Virus record (IMG/VR): IMGVR_UViG_3300037466_003572
Direction: 5' to 3' (one strand)
DNA length: 64,000 bases
Origin: an uncultured virus (IMG/VR IMGVR_UViG_3300037466_003572)
Lineage: Duplodnaviria > Heunggongvirae > Uroviricota > Caudoviricetes
Shown here piece after piece: positions 1 to 9,441 of this stretch (position 1 is the stretch's first letter; every line of letters begins with the position of its first letter). The notes beneath the pieces were generated by a model. The model did no database searches. It saw only the letters and a program-made list of their open reading frames with translations, and was not told where the DNA came from. Made by a program: the position numbers and the translations under genes.

Positions 1-1
1 A

Positions 2-103
2 AGTTACGAAAAACACGATCAAAATAAAATACACGAGTTTATGCTTCATTTAGAAAAATATTATGTAATAAACAAGTATTGGATGCATGAATCTTATTTG
101 TAA
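2..103 (+). CDS. partial hypothetical protein (3' end)
   Basis: Open frame from window edge to TAA at 101-103, followed by terminator hairpin. Confidence 0.5.
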   Translation, partial: SYEKHDQNKIHEFMLHLEKYYVINKYWMHESYL

Positions 104-106
104 TTG

Positions 107-128
107 GCGCCTCCGGGCGCTTTTTTTC
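107..128 (+). terminator. intrinsic terminator
   Basis: GCGCC-TCCG-GGCGC then T8. Confidence 0.75.
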
Positions 129-222
129 TTTAAATGGTTAAAACGTGGTGAAATTGTTAATTATTTTTATCCATAAATGATTATTTGAATTATAATATAA
201 TCAGTTAATTGGAGGTGATCGT

Positions 223-435
223 ATGTTTATATTATTTACATATAGAAATAGAGATGATTCAGATGAGTATTTTACTTGGTATGAAAGAGAAGATAGATAT
301 ATTTTAAAAAATGACAACGATGATATACTTGATTTTTTATGGAAAGATTCAGTAGTCAATACAAAATATATGCAGGATATGAAATGGGAATATGAACACA
401 ATGAAGGAATAGAAATTGTTTATAGCAATATATAA
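223..435 (+). CDS. small acidic hypothetical protein (early cassette)
   Basis: GGAGGTG SD, upstream TATAAT, downstream AACCGGA-TAAAA-TCCGGTT-T terminator. Confidence 0.7.
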   Translation: MFILFTYRNRDDSDEYFTWYEREDRYILKNDNDDILDFLWKDSVVNTKYMQDMKWEYEHNEGIEIVYSNI

Positions 436-502
436 CCGGATAAAATCCGGTTTTTTTATTTTATTTCAAGTTTTTCCATTATAATATAATAGAGGTGATA
501 AA

Positions 503-808
503 ATGGAAAATAAACGCGGTTTAAACATTGTAAAACGATTATTAAACGAAATGGATATCGAGGGAATACGATTCGACGATTCAGAAACGGAAATACGAGG
601 AAATTTCAACAGATTCATCATTTACATAAATGTTTATCCAAAAAAGCGTCTAATTAGCGTTTTAACGATAAACAAAGATATGTTCGATACAAAAGACGAG
701 TTCGGTACAATAACGATCGAGAATGCAGCATCCATTGAAATAGATGAAATAATTAATCATCATCGATTAAGATTATTAAAGTTATTCTCCAAAGAGACGG
801 TAAAATAA
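503..808 (+). CDS. hypothetical protein (early cassette)
   Basis: GAGGTG SD, upstream TATAAT, terminator overlapping stop. Confidence 0.7.
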   Translation: MENKRGLNIVKRLLNEMDIEGIRFDDSETEIRGNFNRFIIYINVYPKKRLISVLTINKDMFDTKDEFGTITIENAASIEIDEIINHHRLRLLKLFSKETVK

Positions 809-903
809 AACGCCGTTTTTTTATTTTATTTTCACTAACTTGGATTTTTTCATAGTATAATTTAAGAGTAATATATCATCACAATTAAAAGGGGAAGTTA
901 AAA

Positions 904-1326
904 ATGAGTTTTATCGAGGAATTAAAAAGAGAAATAGAAGAATCAGTAAATGAAGCATGGAAAAATGAAAGAAAATTTAAACGCGGTGAAGTATATGAAT
1001 GTACATTTTGCAATACAACAGGATCGGAACAATCTGGAAAGCGCCCGGTAATGATAATTCAAAATAACATTGGAAATCGATTTTCGAGTACGGTAATAGT
1101 TGCGGTAATGACAACGAAGAGAAAGAATTCTAATTATCCTATGCATGTTAATTTACTCAAACTAGTACATAACGATTTTAAAGACGATAGCACGATTCTA
1201 TTTGAACAGATTCATACGGTTGAAAAATCGAGATTGGAAAGATTCATAACAGATCTTTCAAAGAATCATCATGTAATGAATGAAGTCGATAAAGCCATTC
1301 TATTAAGTTTAGGGATATCCATTTAG
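904..1326 (+). CDS. mazF: PemK/MazF-family endoribonuclease, no adjacent antitoxin
   Basis: KRGEVY...GSEQSGKRPVMIIQNNIGNRFSSTVIVA...ILFEQIHTVEKSRL signature. Confidence 0.88.
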   Translation: MSFIEELKREIEESVNEAWKNERKFKRGEVYECTFCNTTGSEQSGKRPVMIIQNNIGNRFSSTVIVAVMTTKRKNSNYPMHVNLLKLVHNDFKDDSTILFEQIHTVEKSRLERFITDLSKNHHVMNEVDKAILLSLGISI

Positions 1327-1402
1327 GATATTCTTTTTTATTTTCTCCACTTTTTACAAAATAGTGGTATTATTTAAACAGTTAATCATGGAGGTGATTT
1401 TT

Positions 1403-1747
1403 ATGAAGTTAAAAATAGATTTTGTATTTTCAATTGAAAGCACGTGTGGAATAGATTCAAACATCATATTTTATTTAAGATTAAACGGTGATAAAACGCC
1501 TAAAAAAATGTATTATGCAAACGATTCTTATGCAGATGGGCATCGATCGGTATATATTGGTTCGTATGGTAAAAGGACGGAAAAAGCAAGAAAATATCAA
1601 GATTATACATATTACAATCAACGTGAAGTAATAGAAAAATTAATAGAAGAAATGGAAAATTATAAAAATGAAAGAATGGAAAAATCGATCGATATCGTTA
1701 TAAAGCATTTAAAAAGCTATCGTATGGAATTGTTATTCAAAAATTAA
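1403..1747 (+). CDS. hypothetical protein (early cassette)
   Basis: GGAGGTG SD before ATG 1403; hairpin plus T-run after stop. Confidence 0.7.
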   Translation: MKLKIDFVFSIESTCGIDSNIIFYLRLNGDKTPKKMYYANDSYADGHRSVYIGSYGKRTEKARKYQDYTYYNQREVIEKLIEEMENYKNERMEKSIDIVIKHLKSYRMELLFKN

Positions 1748-1882
1748 AAACGGGCATCCATCCCGTTTTTTTCTTTTATATGAAACGTTTATTCAACGTG
1801 TTATTTTCATCAGAAAAAAAATTAACTATTTTTACCTATTTTAAATTATTCGTGTATAATATATGCAAGGAGATGATAAATA

Positions 1883-2137
1883 ATGTTAATTAACATTAAT
1901 GACAAAGAAAATAGTAAAAAATTGGAGTATTTATTCGAAAATTTTATGGAATGGAACGAGGAATTCGAAAATGAATCGAATACCAAAGTTGTAAAGAAAA
2001 CACGATTAGACGGAATCGATGAAATGATTAAAGATTATAACGATATGCAAAATAGTCTTTTCCTGGTCCGAAATGATTATTTTGAACACGAGATCGAAAG
2101 AATCGATGAATCATCCATTACTCCGTCTAAAAGATGA
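1883..2137 (+). CDS. hypothetical protein (early cassette)
   Basis: AAGGAG SD, TATAAT upstream, terminator at about 2167-2193. Confidence 0.65.
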   Translation: MLININDKENSKKLEYLFENFMEWNEEFENESNTKVVKKTRLDGIDEMIKDYNDMQNSLFLVRNDYFEHEIERIDESSITPSKR

Positions 2138-2272
2138 AATTAGAAAGGTTATTATAGTATATACAAAGGATGCATGAAATATGCATCTTTTTTCTTTTAT
2201 TTTTATCTTTTTATTTATTTCCATGGTAAAATATAAATAGGTAAAATAAATAAAATTTATGGAGGTTTTCAA

Positions 2273-2452
2273 ATGGAAAACGAGTATGGATGCAAAGTAA
2301 AAATCAAAAATCAGGTGTTAACGGTAACGATCTTTTCAACTCCGGGAATTAGCTCCAAACGGAAAGCACTAAAACAGAAGCTGATGAATCTACATAATTT
2401 CACGGAATCAGAAATAGAAGCATCAGAAATAGGAAATTTTTATTTAATATAA
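2273..2452 (+). CDS. 59-aa hypothetical protein missed by ORF track
   Basis: GGAGG SD, MENEYGCKVKIK...; bidirectional terminator AAAAACGCGCG-ATTT-TGCGCGTTT follows. Confidence 0.6.
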   Translation: MENEYGCKVKIKNQVLTVTIFSTPGISSKRKALKQKLMNLHNFTESEIEASEIGNFYLI

Positions 2453-2532
2453 GACAATTAAAAACGCGCGATTTTGCGCGTTTGTTTTTTAGCATCGATT
2501 TTTTACATCGCTCCATGCAAAAGAGAGGTTTT

Positions 2533-2970
2533 TCACCTCTTTATGCTTTTCGTCGTTTTCTTCTTACTTTTGTTTTCCATGGTTCGATTCAGACGTATCA
2601 TTTTTGTATTTTCATCGATAATAGTTTTTTGTTCGATTATGTATTCAAAGATATCACGAGAATAGTACATTTCTTTTCGTTTGCTATTTCCTTGGTTTCC
2701 ATGTTTCTCATGCATCAGGATCCAGTACAATAGCGCTGTGATAAACTTGGTCATGTTTAAATTAGAATCTAGAAAGTTTTTATTAATCGTATCGATGATA
2801 TTCGATAAATCCTTTTTTAAGGAAACGGGCAAATAAATTTCAGTTCGTGATTTTTTGATCTTATTCCCGTCTATGTAGTTATCGAAATTGTTTTCTTCAA
2901 TCGTTTTCAATACTGATATGATAACGTCTTCTTGCAATTGATACTTTTTATTCGAGTTTTTATTTGACAT
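2533..2970 (-). CDS. putative ribbon-helix-helix-like DNA-binding protein
   Basis: GGAGGTG SD; RTEIYLPVSLKKDLSNII...NMTKFITALL resembles the RHH strand-helix-helix pattern. Confidence 0.45.
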   Translation of the reverse strand: MSNKNSNKKYQLQEDVIISVLKTIEENNFDNYIDGNKIKKSRTEIYLPVSLKKDLSNIIDTINKNFLDSNLNMTKFITALLYWILMHEKHGNQGNSKRKEMYYSRDIFEYIIEQKTIIDENTKMIRLNRTMENKSKKKTTKSIKR

Positions 2971-3030
2971 TATCCACTCACCTCCTAACTACAATATCAT
3001 TTTAGCATGAAAAAATACTTTTGTGTGAAA

Positions 3031-3130
3031 ATATACGGATATTTTTATAAATTTACGGGAATTCATACAAACATACGGGCATTTAAAAAAGTATACGGGT
3101 CTTTACGAAAGCATCCGGGTGTTTAAAAAA
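3031..3130. repeat. five degenerate direct repeats with 20-bp period
   Basis: atatacggatatttttataa / atttacgggaattcatacaa / acatacgggcatttaaaaaa / gtatacgggtctttacgaaa / gcatccgggtgtttaaaaaa. Confidence 0.75.
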
Positions 3131-3572
3131 GAATAGCATTTTCATAAAAATTAGAAAGTAAATTTTAATAATATTATTTTAAGAACTTCAAAATGAGAGA
3201 AAAATCTCCCCGTCAGAAACTTTTTTATAAAAAGCACATATAAATGCGATTTTCAATGGTCTATAATTTTGCCGGGGCGGCGCGGGGCACGAGAGTGTTT
3301 TTATTTTGTTGTATGCGTTAACTGTGAAAAACAGGTTCACCGATCGCTGCGTTAACTGTTTAACTCTTGCAGAAATGAATCCGGATTAACTAAATAGATA
3401 CTAAAACGGGTAAATTATGAGTCTTTGCTCAATATATCGACAAAAACAAGTCATTTTTAAACTTTAAACCGCAATTCAGATTACTAGGCTAGCGAGAACA
3501 TAAAAATAAAAATAAAAGTATTTATTGACGAGAAATTTAACTATAGTAAAATTAATTATGGGAGGTGTTAGT

Positions 3573-4394
3573 ATGACGAAATTATTTAACAATAGATTAA
3601 ATGAAGTGAAACTTACATATATAAGTAGCATCGAAGAAGTAGAAATGGTCAACGGTAATATCTACATAAGTGAGAACAAATGGTCTTATAAAAGCGACTT
3701 AATCGACGAATTTCCGGAAGCAATTGAAGTGTGGATGGGTGAGTTTTATCTGGACGAAAACCAATTTGGAAAAACGAATTTTGAATTTTTATTTTGCAAT
3801 TTGGGTTTTGGAGTTTGGGTTCACCAACTCAACGAGGGGAAAATCGGTGAAAATATTTACAACGAATATCACAAGATGCTGGGGATCGATTATATAACAA
3901 AAGAACAAGCGGAGCTGCAAGCAATCATAGCGTCAATTGGATTGCTAGAAAAAACCGTTATCATACATAATACATCGCAGCAATTAACGGTATTTCCAAA
4001 TGTGCAATTACTTGGACTAACCAGCCACAAAGCGAAAAAAAGAGCGGAATGGTTTTATGAAGATTTTATGCAGCAAAAAGTAAAAAAGACGCTTCGGATA
4101 TATCCGGATTTAATTATCGAGTATCCACCAAAAACTAAAAACGGAAAAACAGACCTAGAGTTTTACGAACTAGAACTGGGGTTCAACAAGAAAAAACTAT
4201 TCGAAAAATTGTTTAAATTTAGTATATCGCAGCGAATTGTTAATTTTATCATTGCTGATTATGCATACGATTTCAATCGAAGCGTTATCGAGGAGTTCAT
4301 TTTACTACCGCAAATAAAATTTGATAACATTTATATTTGTACATTATCGGAGTTTCGCCGCCAGGGGATATTTGCACTGGAGCGGATTCAATAG
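3573..4394 (+). CDS. hypothetical protein, possible PD-(D/E)XK-fold nuclease
   Basis: TTGACG-N16-TAAAAT promoter, GGAGGTG SD; YPDLII...FYELELG..K motif; terminator at 4395-4424. Confidence 0.5.
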   Translation: MTKLFNNRLNEVKLTYISSIEEVEMVNGNIYISENKWSYKSDLIDEFPEAIEVWMGEFYLDENQFGKTNFEFLFCNLGFGVWVHQLNEGKIGENIYNEYHKMLGIDYITKEQAELQAIIASIGLLEKTVIIHNTSQQLTVFPNVQLLGLTSHKAKKRAEWFYEDFMQQKVKKTLRIYPDLIIEYPPKTKNGKTDLEFYELELGFNKKKLFEKLFKFSISQRIVNFIIADYAYDFNRSVIEEFILLPQIKFDNIYICTLSEFRRQGIFALERIQ

Positions 4395-4431
4395 TCGTCA
4401 GAAATTTTCTGGCGATTTTTTTTTCATGTTT

Positions 4432-4465
4432 TTGTAAATTGCGCACGAGTCGATTGTTATATATA
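4432..4465 (+). promoter_or_regulatory. phage-specific promoter-like motif, copy 1
   Basis: TTGTAAATT-N9-TCGATTGTTATATATA, identical boxes at 12369 and 20161. Confidence 0.75.
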
Positions 4466-4510
4466 ATGAGAGCATCACACGAAGGGCTGCATATCACGGG
4501 AGGTTATTAA

Positions 4511-4777
4511 ATGGAAAACATAAACATTCCATATTCCGTTATTTATGACACGGAATCATTTGACAAAATTTACGAAAAGATGGTATTCATTACAATGTTA
4601 GCAGACAATGAGCTCAGCGTTCTGGAAATGGCAAACATTTGTTTGTGTGCTGAAACATCCGTCAGAAATGCAATTAAATCGCTGGAATCAAAAGGAATAA
4701 TAGAAGTAGAACGCAATAGAACGGGAACCGGAGGAATACCGCTACCAAACAAATATCACATTATTGGGGGAAATTGA
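4511..4777 (+). CDS. winged helix-turn-helix protein
   Basis: SVLEMANICLCAETSVRNAIKSLESKGIIEV HTH pattern; GGAGG SD. Confidence 0.75.
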   Translation: MENINIPYSVIYDTESFDKIYEKMVFITMLADNELSVLEMANICLCAETSVRNAIKSLESKGIIEVERNRTGTGGIPLPNKYHIIGGN

Positions 4778-4778
4778 A

Positions 4779-5147
4779 ATGCCGGTTAATGTAAATCCTA
4801 CAACGACAAATGGAATAAACTTCATAAAAATCCCCCGAGCATTAATAGAAGAAGAAAAATATAGAAAAATGAACAGCACTGAAAAAATTATTTACGGGGT
4901 TTTACTTTATAGAGCAGAAATGACAACACTTAATAAAACAAGCGTTCAACAATTTATCGAAAAAGGAAGCGGCGAAATGTTCATTTATTACACGCAAGAA
5001 GAAATGGCACAATTTATTGGAGTAAGTGAAAGAACCATAAGAACCGCATACAAAAATATAGAAGAAATTGGATTAATAAAAAGAAAAGAGTATTACAACG
5101 GATTAAAACGAATACACAGAATATTTGTTTACTACCCAATACCTTAA
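4779..5147 (+). CDS. RepA_N-like replication initiator domain / wHTH protein
   Basis: FIKIPRALI..EKYRKMNSTEKIIYGVLLYR...IYYTQEEMAQFIGVSERTIR. Confidence 0.7.
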   Translation: MPVNVNPTTTNGINFIKIPRALIEEEKYRKMNSTEKIIYGVLLYRAEMTTLNKTSVQQFIEKGSGEMFIYYTQEEMAQFIGVSERTIRTAYKNIEEIGLIKRKEYYNGLKRIHRIFVYYPIP

Positions 5148-5212
5148 AGGAAGTTAGATTCCTCAAGACCTGGATACAATTTTCCTCTAGAGGGTGAAGC
5201 AATATTCCGATA

Positions 5213-5250
5213 ATAAAGAAGTAAGTTATAAAGAAGTAAGTTATAAAGAA
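5213..5250. repeat. 15-bp tandem repeat x2.5, possible origin element
   Basis: ATAAAGAAGTAAGTT repeated, just downstream of RepA_N-like gene. Confidence 0.6.
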
Positions 5251-5409
5251 TAATCATGATCGCTTCGCTCTGTTTATCGTATTCTAAAGAATACTCAAAC
5301 GTATGCTCTAGCGTTATTCACTTCTTATGTATTTATTGCTAGCAATCTTTCAAAGAAAGAAAAGAAAAGTTCCGCCAAAAGAAAAGAAAGAAATGGAGAC
5401 CATCACACA

Positions 5410-5964
5410 ATGATTCAATTAACGTATCACATCCAACAAAGATACGTGCAGCGCATCATGAATATCCAAAACGAAGAAGAAGCACGTTATTATCTCGCTG
5501 TAAACAATGCAGACGTTATTAAAAAGGTGTACGAGCTATTTCGAGCAGCACGGTTTATCGGAAGACTACCTTATGAAAAACGAAATAACGTAATGTGCGA
5601 TTTTTATATTACTGAAGAACATGTATTATTGATCGTTGAACATCACACACAAACGGCAATGACGCTTTATCCGGTAAAAATAAAAGAGAAGACAATCGAA
5701 AATAAAGATGAAGTCAATCACTATTTAAAGCAAATAAATATTAATGATAATCGCTACGGGGAACTTAATCGCATCAAAGAGTCCACCGATTTACTCAGCC
5801 GCAACTTAGAATATGCCATTGCCCGTAAGAAAGCAGAACTAGAGACGCTCGAAGATGAGCTTAACAAAAGCATCGAACTTAGTAAATCTATTAAATGGGA
5901 AATGACTGAAGCAAAGCGCAAAAGCAAAGATTGCTTAAATCGCCTTCGCTGGGGAATGAATTAA
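5410..5964 (+). CDS. hypothetical protein with C-terminal coiled coil
   Basis: 184-aa ORF, GGAG SD. Confidence 0.75.
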   Translation: MIQLTYHIQQRYVQRIMNIQNEEEARYYLAVNNADVIKKVYELFRAARFIGRLPYEKRNNVMCDFYITEEHVLLIVEHHTQTAMTLYPVKIKEKTIENKDEVNHYLKQININDNRYGELNRIKESTDLLSRNLEYAIARKKAELETLEDELNKSIELSKSIKWEMTEAKRKSKDCLNRLRWGMN

Positions 5965-6040
5965 AAATATTTTTCAAAATTGCCGATAAATACTTTTTTT
6001 ATAAAAACTTTTAAGATAACATTAACTGGAGGACAAACAA

Positions 6041-6448
6041 TTGAGACTCGAACTTAAAATACAACGCGTCAGAAAACACGGAGCAGCATTTAAAATCGCA
6101 GGATATGTTTCTCTAACGGAAATACTCGATAAGCCGATCGCTACCGTTTTTAATAAAACAGACCGGGAACCACTGTTTGAACTTAAGAGAATCTATCACA
6201 ACGGATACTTTGATTTCGACTTCGATGAACACACGTTCGCTATCACTCATGAATACGTATTTAAAATGAGCTCCACAGACGGCTTTAATGACGTCAAGAT
6301 GCGCCGAGAGCTCTTGGACGACCTAAAGGTCCAGCTGAGTAATATCATGCGTCAGATACGCTTAGAGCTCGTCTCAGGCATACATCCATCGGAAACACCG
6401 GAAGAAAGAATCAGAAAGATCGTAACTGGAGAAGATATATTTTGCTAA
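6041..6448 (+). CDS. hypothetical protein, paralog of 6771-7223
   Basis: GGAGG SD; shared ELKIQRVR and RLEL.SGI.PS.T..ERIRK motifs. Confidence 0.75.
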   Translation: MRLELKIQRVRKHGAAFKIAGYVSLTEILDKPIATVFNKTDREPLFELKRIYHNGYFDFDFDEHTFAITHEYVFKMSSTDGFNDVKMRRELLDDLKVQLSNIMRQIRLELVSGIHPSETPEERIRKIVTGEDIFC

Positions 6449-6465
6449 CCTTTAGGAGGAATAAC

Positions 6466-6666
6466 ATGACAGAAGAAAATTTACTAGAATTATTAAAAGA
6501 TACGCACGCCATTTACGTTGAAAGTTTGGACGAGTACCAAGAACTTAAAAAGTACAGCTACGATAAAGCATTCCAGTTCAAACGCGAGCAAGATAAATGG
6601 TATATTGAAACCATTACAATTTATATAGATGCCATTCTAATTTTAAGGGGATGCAAAAATGATTAA
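6466..6666 (+). CDS. hypothetical protein
   Basis: AGGAGG SD before ATG 6466. Confidence 0.65.
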   Translation: MTEENLLELLKDTHAIYVESLDEYQELKKYSYDKAFQFKREQDKWYIETITIYIDAILILRGCKND

Positions 6667-6802
6667 ACAATGCGATAAATGTCATGGGTACTCACATGTT
6701 ACCCACACAATTGAAAAAGATGAAGAAGAATACATTTTATGCGACGACTGCTATAAGGAGGAAAACAAAAATGGAACTAAAAATACAACGAGTACGCCAT
6801 GA
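6659..6802 (+). CDS. 47-aa CxxC...CxxC zinc-finger protein missed by ORF track
   Basis: MIKQCDKCHG...ILCDDCYK; overlaps neighbours in operon fashion. Confidence 0.55.
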   Translation: MIKQCDKCHGYSHVTHTIEKDEEEYILCDDCYKEENKNGTKNTTSTP

Positions 6803-7223
6803 AGGTAATTTATATAAAATTTACGGCAGTGTAAAAGAAGAAACAATTTATGATAATCCGGTAACAATCTATGATCCTGAAGATGGTCCAACATTATATG
6901 CAAATATAGTAAAAGATTCGTATAACGTAGTTTTCGATATCGATTTTGATGATAGAAATTTCGCGATTATAAATGAACACACGTTCTTACTAGACTTTAC
7001 TAGTGGGATGTCAGACGAAAACAAAATATTAAATGAAGTAAAACAGGCGCTACCATTCCTAGTTCAAGAAAAGCGGCTTGAATTAATTTCAGGAATCTAT
7101 CCAAGTATTACAGAAAAAGAAAGAATAAGAAAAGAAATAGATAAATTAATGGACGCTAAACAAAGAGAAGAAGCAACTTGGTCCTACGAAATGATTAAAG
7201 CACTGATTTTGGGAGGGAAATAA
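6771..7223 (+). CDS. hypothetical protein, paralog of 6041-6448
   Basis: AAGGAGG SD before ATG 6771. Confidence 0.75.
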   Translation: MELKIQRVRHEGNLYKIYGSVKEETIYDNPVTIYDPEDGPTLYANIVKDSYNVVFDIDFDDRNFAIINEHTFLLDFTSGMSDENKILNEVKQALPFLVQEKRLELISGIYPSITEKERIRKEIDKLMDAKQREEATWSYEMIKALILGGK

Positions 7224-7225
7224 CC

Positions 7226-7618
7226 ATGACAAAAGAAAAAGCACCAGGCGTTAAAGATTGGCAGAATCGTCCGCTCGATAAATGGACAGCCACCACATTT
7301 CAAACGTATCTTGCAGCGAAAGTTTACGAGAAATACCATGTCACGTACGTACCATATCGCGGTTACGGTGCCGACATCAAATTAATTAAATCAAATATTG
7401 AAGAAATGGGTAATAACCTATTGAAAGAATTAATCGATGAAGCACTAAGAGAATACCAGCCGACTGATAAATACCCATCACTTACTTTCAGCTTTATTCA
7501 CACGTTTCAAAAACCGAGAATATTGCCAAGACTGCAGAAAAAACAACAACAAGCGGCTAAATCAGAGCAGTACAAACAACAAACAGAAATGGAACCAATT
7601 GATTTAGATTGGATATAG
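7226..7618 (+). CDS. hypothetical protein, possible replisome organizer
   Basis: GGAGG SD; position ahead of DnaC-like loader. Confidence 0.55.
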   Translation: MTKEKAPGVKDWQNRPLDKWTATTFQTYLAAKVYEKYHVTYVPYRGYGADIKLIKSNIEEMGNNLLKELIDEALREYQPTDKYPSLTFSFIHTFQKPRILPRLQKKQQQAAKSEQYKQQTEMEPIDLDWI

Positions 7619-7629
7619 GAGTGAAGACA

Positions 7630-8181
7630 TTGGATGCAAAAGATAATGGATTGAAAGAGTTCCTTTCTTTAATGGAAGAAAAATTAATAGTTTACGAAGA
7701 TGGTAAATTATATAAGTTTTTCAATAGGAGTAAGAAAACGAAAATAGAAACTCCTATAGAAATAGGTCATATATTGCCATCAGGTTATCGGCGAATAAGC
7801 GTCAATATAAACGGAAGAAAGAACACAATGTTGGCGCATCGCCTGGTTTATGCTTATTTCAATGGGCTTACAGAATTACCACCAAAATTGGAAGTTAATC
7901 ATATAGACGGAGACAAACTAAATAACAGAATAGAAAATTTAGAATTAATAACTCCGAAAGAAAATGTGAATCATGCATTCAATACAGGTATCCGTCCCTT
8001 AAACAGTGGCGAACACAACCACAATTCAAAACTTAAAAGTTCAGAAGTAGAAGAGATTAGAAGACTTTTACAAAAAGGCGATATAACACAAACAGAAATT
8101 GCAAAAAAGTTTAATTGCAACAGTTCGACCATCTCAAATATAAAAACAAATAAACGTTGGAGGAAACCATCACATGACTAA
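7630..8181 (+). CDS. free-standing HNH endonuclease with C-terminal HTH
   Basis: AHRLVY...VNHIDGDKLNNRIENLELIT..EN; TQTEIAKKFNCNSSTISNIK. Confidence 0.9.
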   Translation: MDAKDNGLKEFLSLMEEKLIVYEDGKLYKFFNRSKKTKIETPIEIGHILPSGYRRISVNINGRKNTMLAHRLVYAYFNGLTELPPKLEVNHIDGDKLNNRIENLELITPKENVNHAFNTGIRPLNSGEHNHNSKLKSSEVEEIRRLLQKGDITQTEIAKKFNCNSSTISNIKTNKRWRKPSHD

Positions 8182-8953
8182 CGAAAATAAATGCCTGTTA
8201 GGTCAAAAATGCAAGCTAGCGGGTAATGAAGAACACTGTCACAATAACTGCAGCCTCTTTATTGGACTACACGGGCGCAGCGGTGATAATGGTCGAAGCG
8301 GATTTTCACGAGTACCGCTTGAGCACCGTTATACAACCGTTACCACATCCCCAGTTAGAATCAAACAACCGAATGCTTATCGCTATATCGATGCATACGC
8401 CAAAAGTTTTATGCGTTACTTTGATAACTCACTGGATGCAAAAGATCGAATTAAATCCATTTATATGTGGAGCGAAAAACCAGGTACCGGTAAAACGACA
8501 ACTGCTATTAGTATATTAAACTCGTTTCTTGCTTATTACTATTTAGAATGTTTACGCCGAACAGAAACACCGGTGCAGCGTCCAACGTACTTTTTATCGA
8601 TGAACTCACTACAAAAAGAGTTTCTGCAGATGAGCCGCCAAGGAGTGCCAATCGAACTTCAGCAAATTGCGGGAGAGAAATATTACAATGAAATGAATTA
8701 CGCAAAACAAGCAGAACTCGTTGTATTTGATGATGTTGGAACACGAAGTGTCAGCGAAGCATTCCGCAATGACATTTTAGATATTATAGATTATCGCCAA
8801 GCACACATGAAACCGAGTATTTTCACATCAAACCTTCCAATTCACGAGCTGCCCGCACTATTCGGTGAAGAACGTCTGTTCGACCGGATTAGGGACCTAT
8901 GCATCGACATTCATTTTGAAGAAATCGAATCTGGAAGGGGAAAACGCTCATGA
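8174..8953 (+). CDS. DnaC/IstB-like AAA+ helicase loader
   Basis: PGTGKTT Walker A, VVFDDVG Walker B, IFTSN, RLFDRI. Confidence 0.85.
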   Translation: MTNENKCLLGQKCKLAGNEEHCHNNCSLFIGLHGRSGDNGRSGFSRVPLEHRYTTVTTSPVRIKQPNAYRYIDAYAKSFMRYFDNSLDAKDRIKSIYMWSEKPGTGKTTTAISILNSFLAYYYLECLRRTETPVQRPTYFLSMNSLQKEFLQMSRQGVPIELQQIAGEKYYNEMNYAKQAELVVFDDVGTRSVSEAFRNDILDIIDYRQAHMKPSIFTSNLPIHELPALFGEERLFDRIRDLCIDIHFEEIESGRGKRS

Positions 8954-9441
8954 TGCCATCATTTGAAATCGGCGAAGAAGTAATGATTATTGACAGAGAA
9001 AATGAAACCGTATCAGGACCTTATACAGTATCCGGAGTATTCCAAGCAAAGCCAGAGTTTTATGTTTATTCTCTTTACGGTCATGAAGGCGTCGTTACCG
9101 AAGATAAATTATGCTGGTATGACCCAATGCTAGTAAGTTATGAAGATTATTTTATCTGGTATATCGATGAAGACGGCACAGACAGTTGGATTGAAGAAAA
9201 TGAACTAATCAACGAAGGAATCGAATGGAAACCGACTTTATTGCTTGATAAACCAAAGGAATATCCATCACTTGATGAATACTTGGATGCGTATAACACA
9301 CTGAACTATTTATCAAAAACCATCAAATCACGAAAATATAAATCAGCGGCAAAAGAATTATTACAGCGATTAAAAGACGGAGAGCGAGAGATTGACCTCG
9401 ATAAATATACACAGTTTATCGACCTTGAGGAGGAAGCATAA
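8950..9441 (+). CDS. hypothetical protein
   Basis: 163-aa ORF translationally coupled to neighbours. Confidence 0.7.
   Translation: MMPSFEIGEEVMIIDRENETVSGPYTVSGVFQAKPEFYVYSLYGHEGVVTEDKLCWYDPMLVSYEDYFIWYIDEDGTDSWIEENELINEGIEWKPTLLLDKPKEYPSLDEYLDAYNTLNYLSKTIKSRKYKSAAKELLQRLKDGEREIDLDKYTQFIDLEEEA

Noticed and set aside
3031..3130. Mini-CRISPR array
   Set aside because: Period is only 20 bp, units are degenerate and there are no unique spacers or cas genes; the Cas4-like fold at 18269 is a common phage exonuclease.
5399..5407. ACCATCACA acting as a 16S anti-SD mimic (ATCAC pairs with GTGAT of early SDs)
   Set aside because: Only 5 nt of complementarity and it does not explain the conserved flanks.
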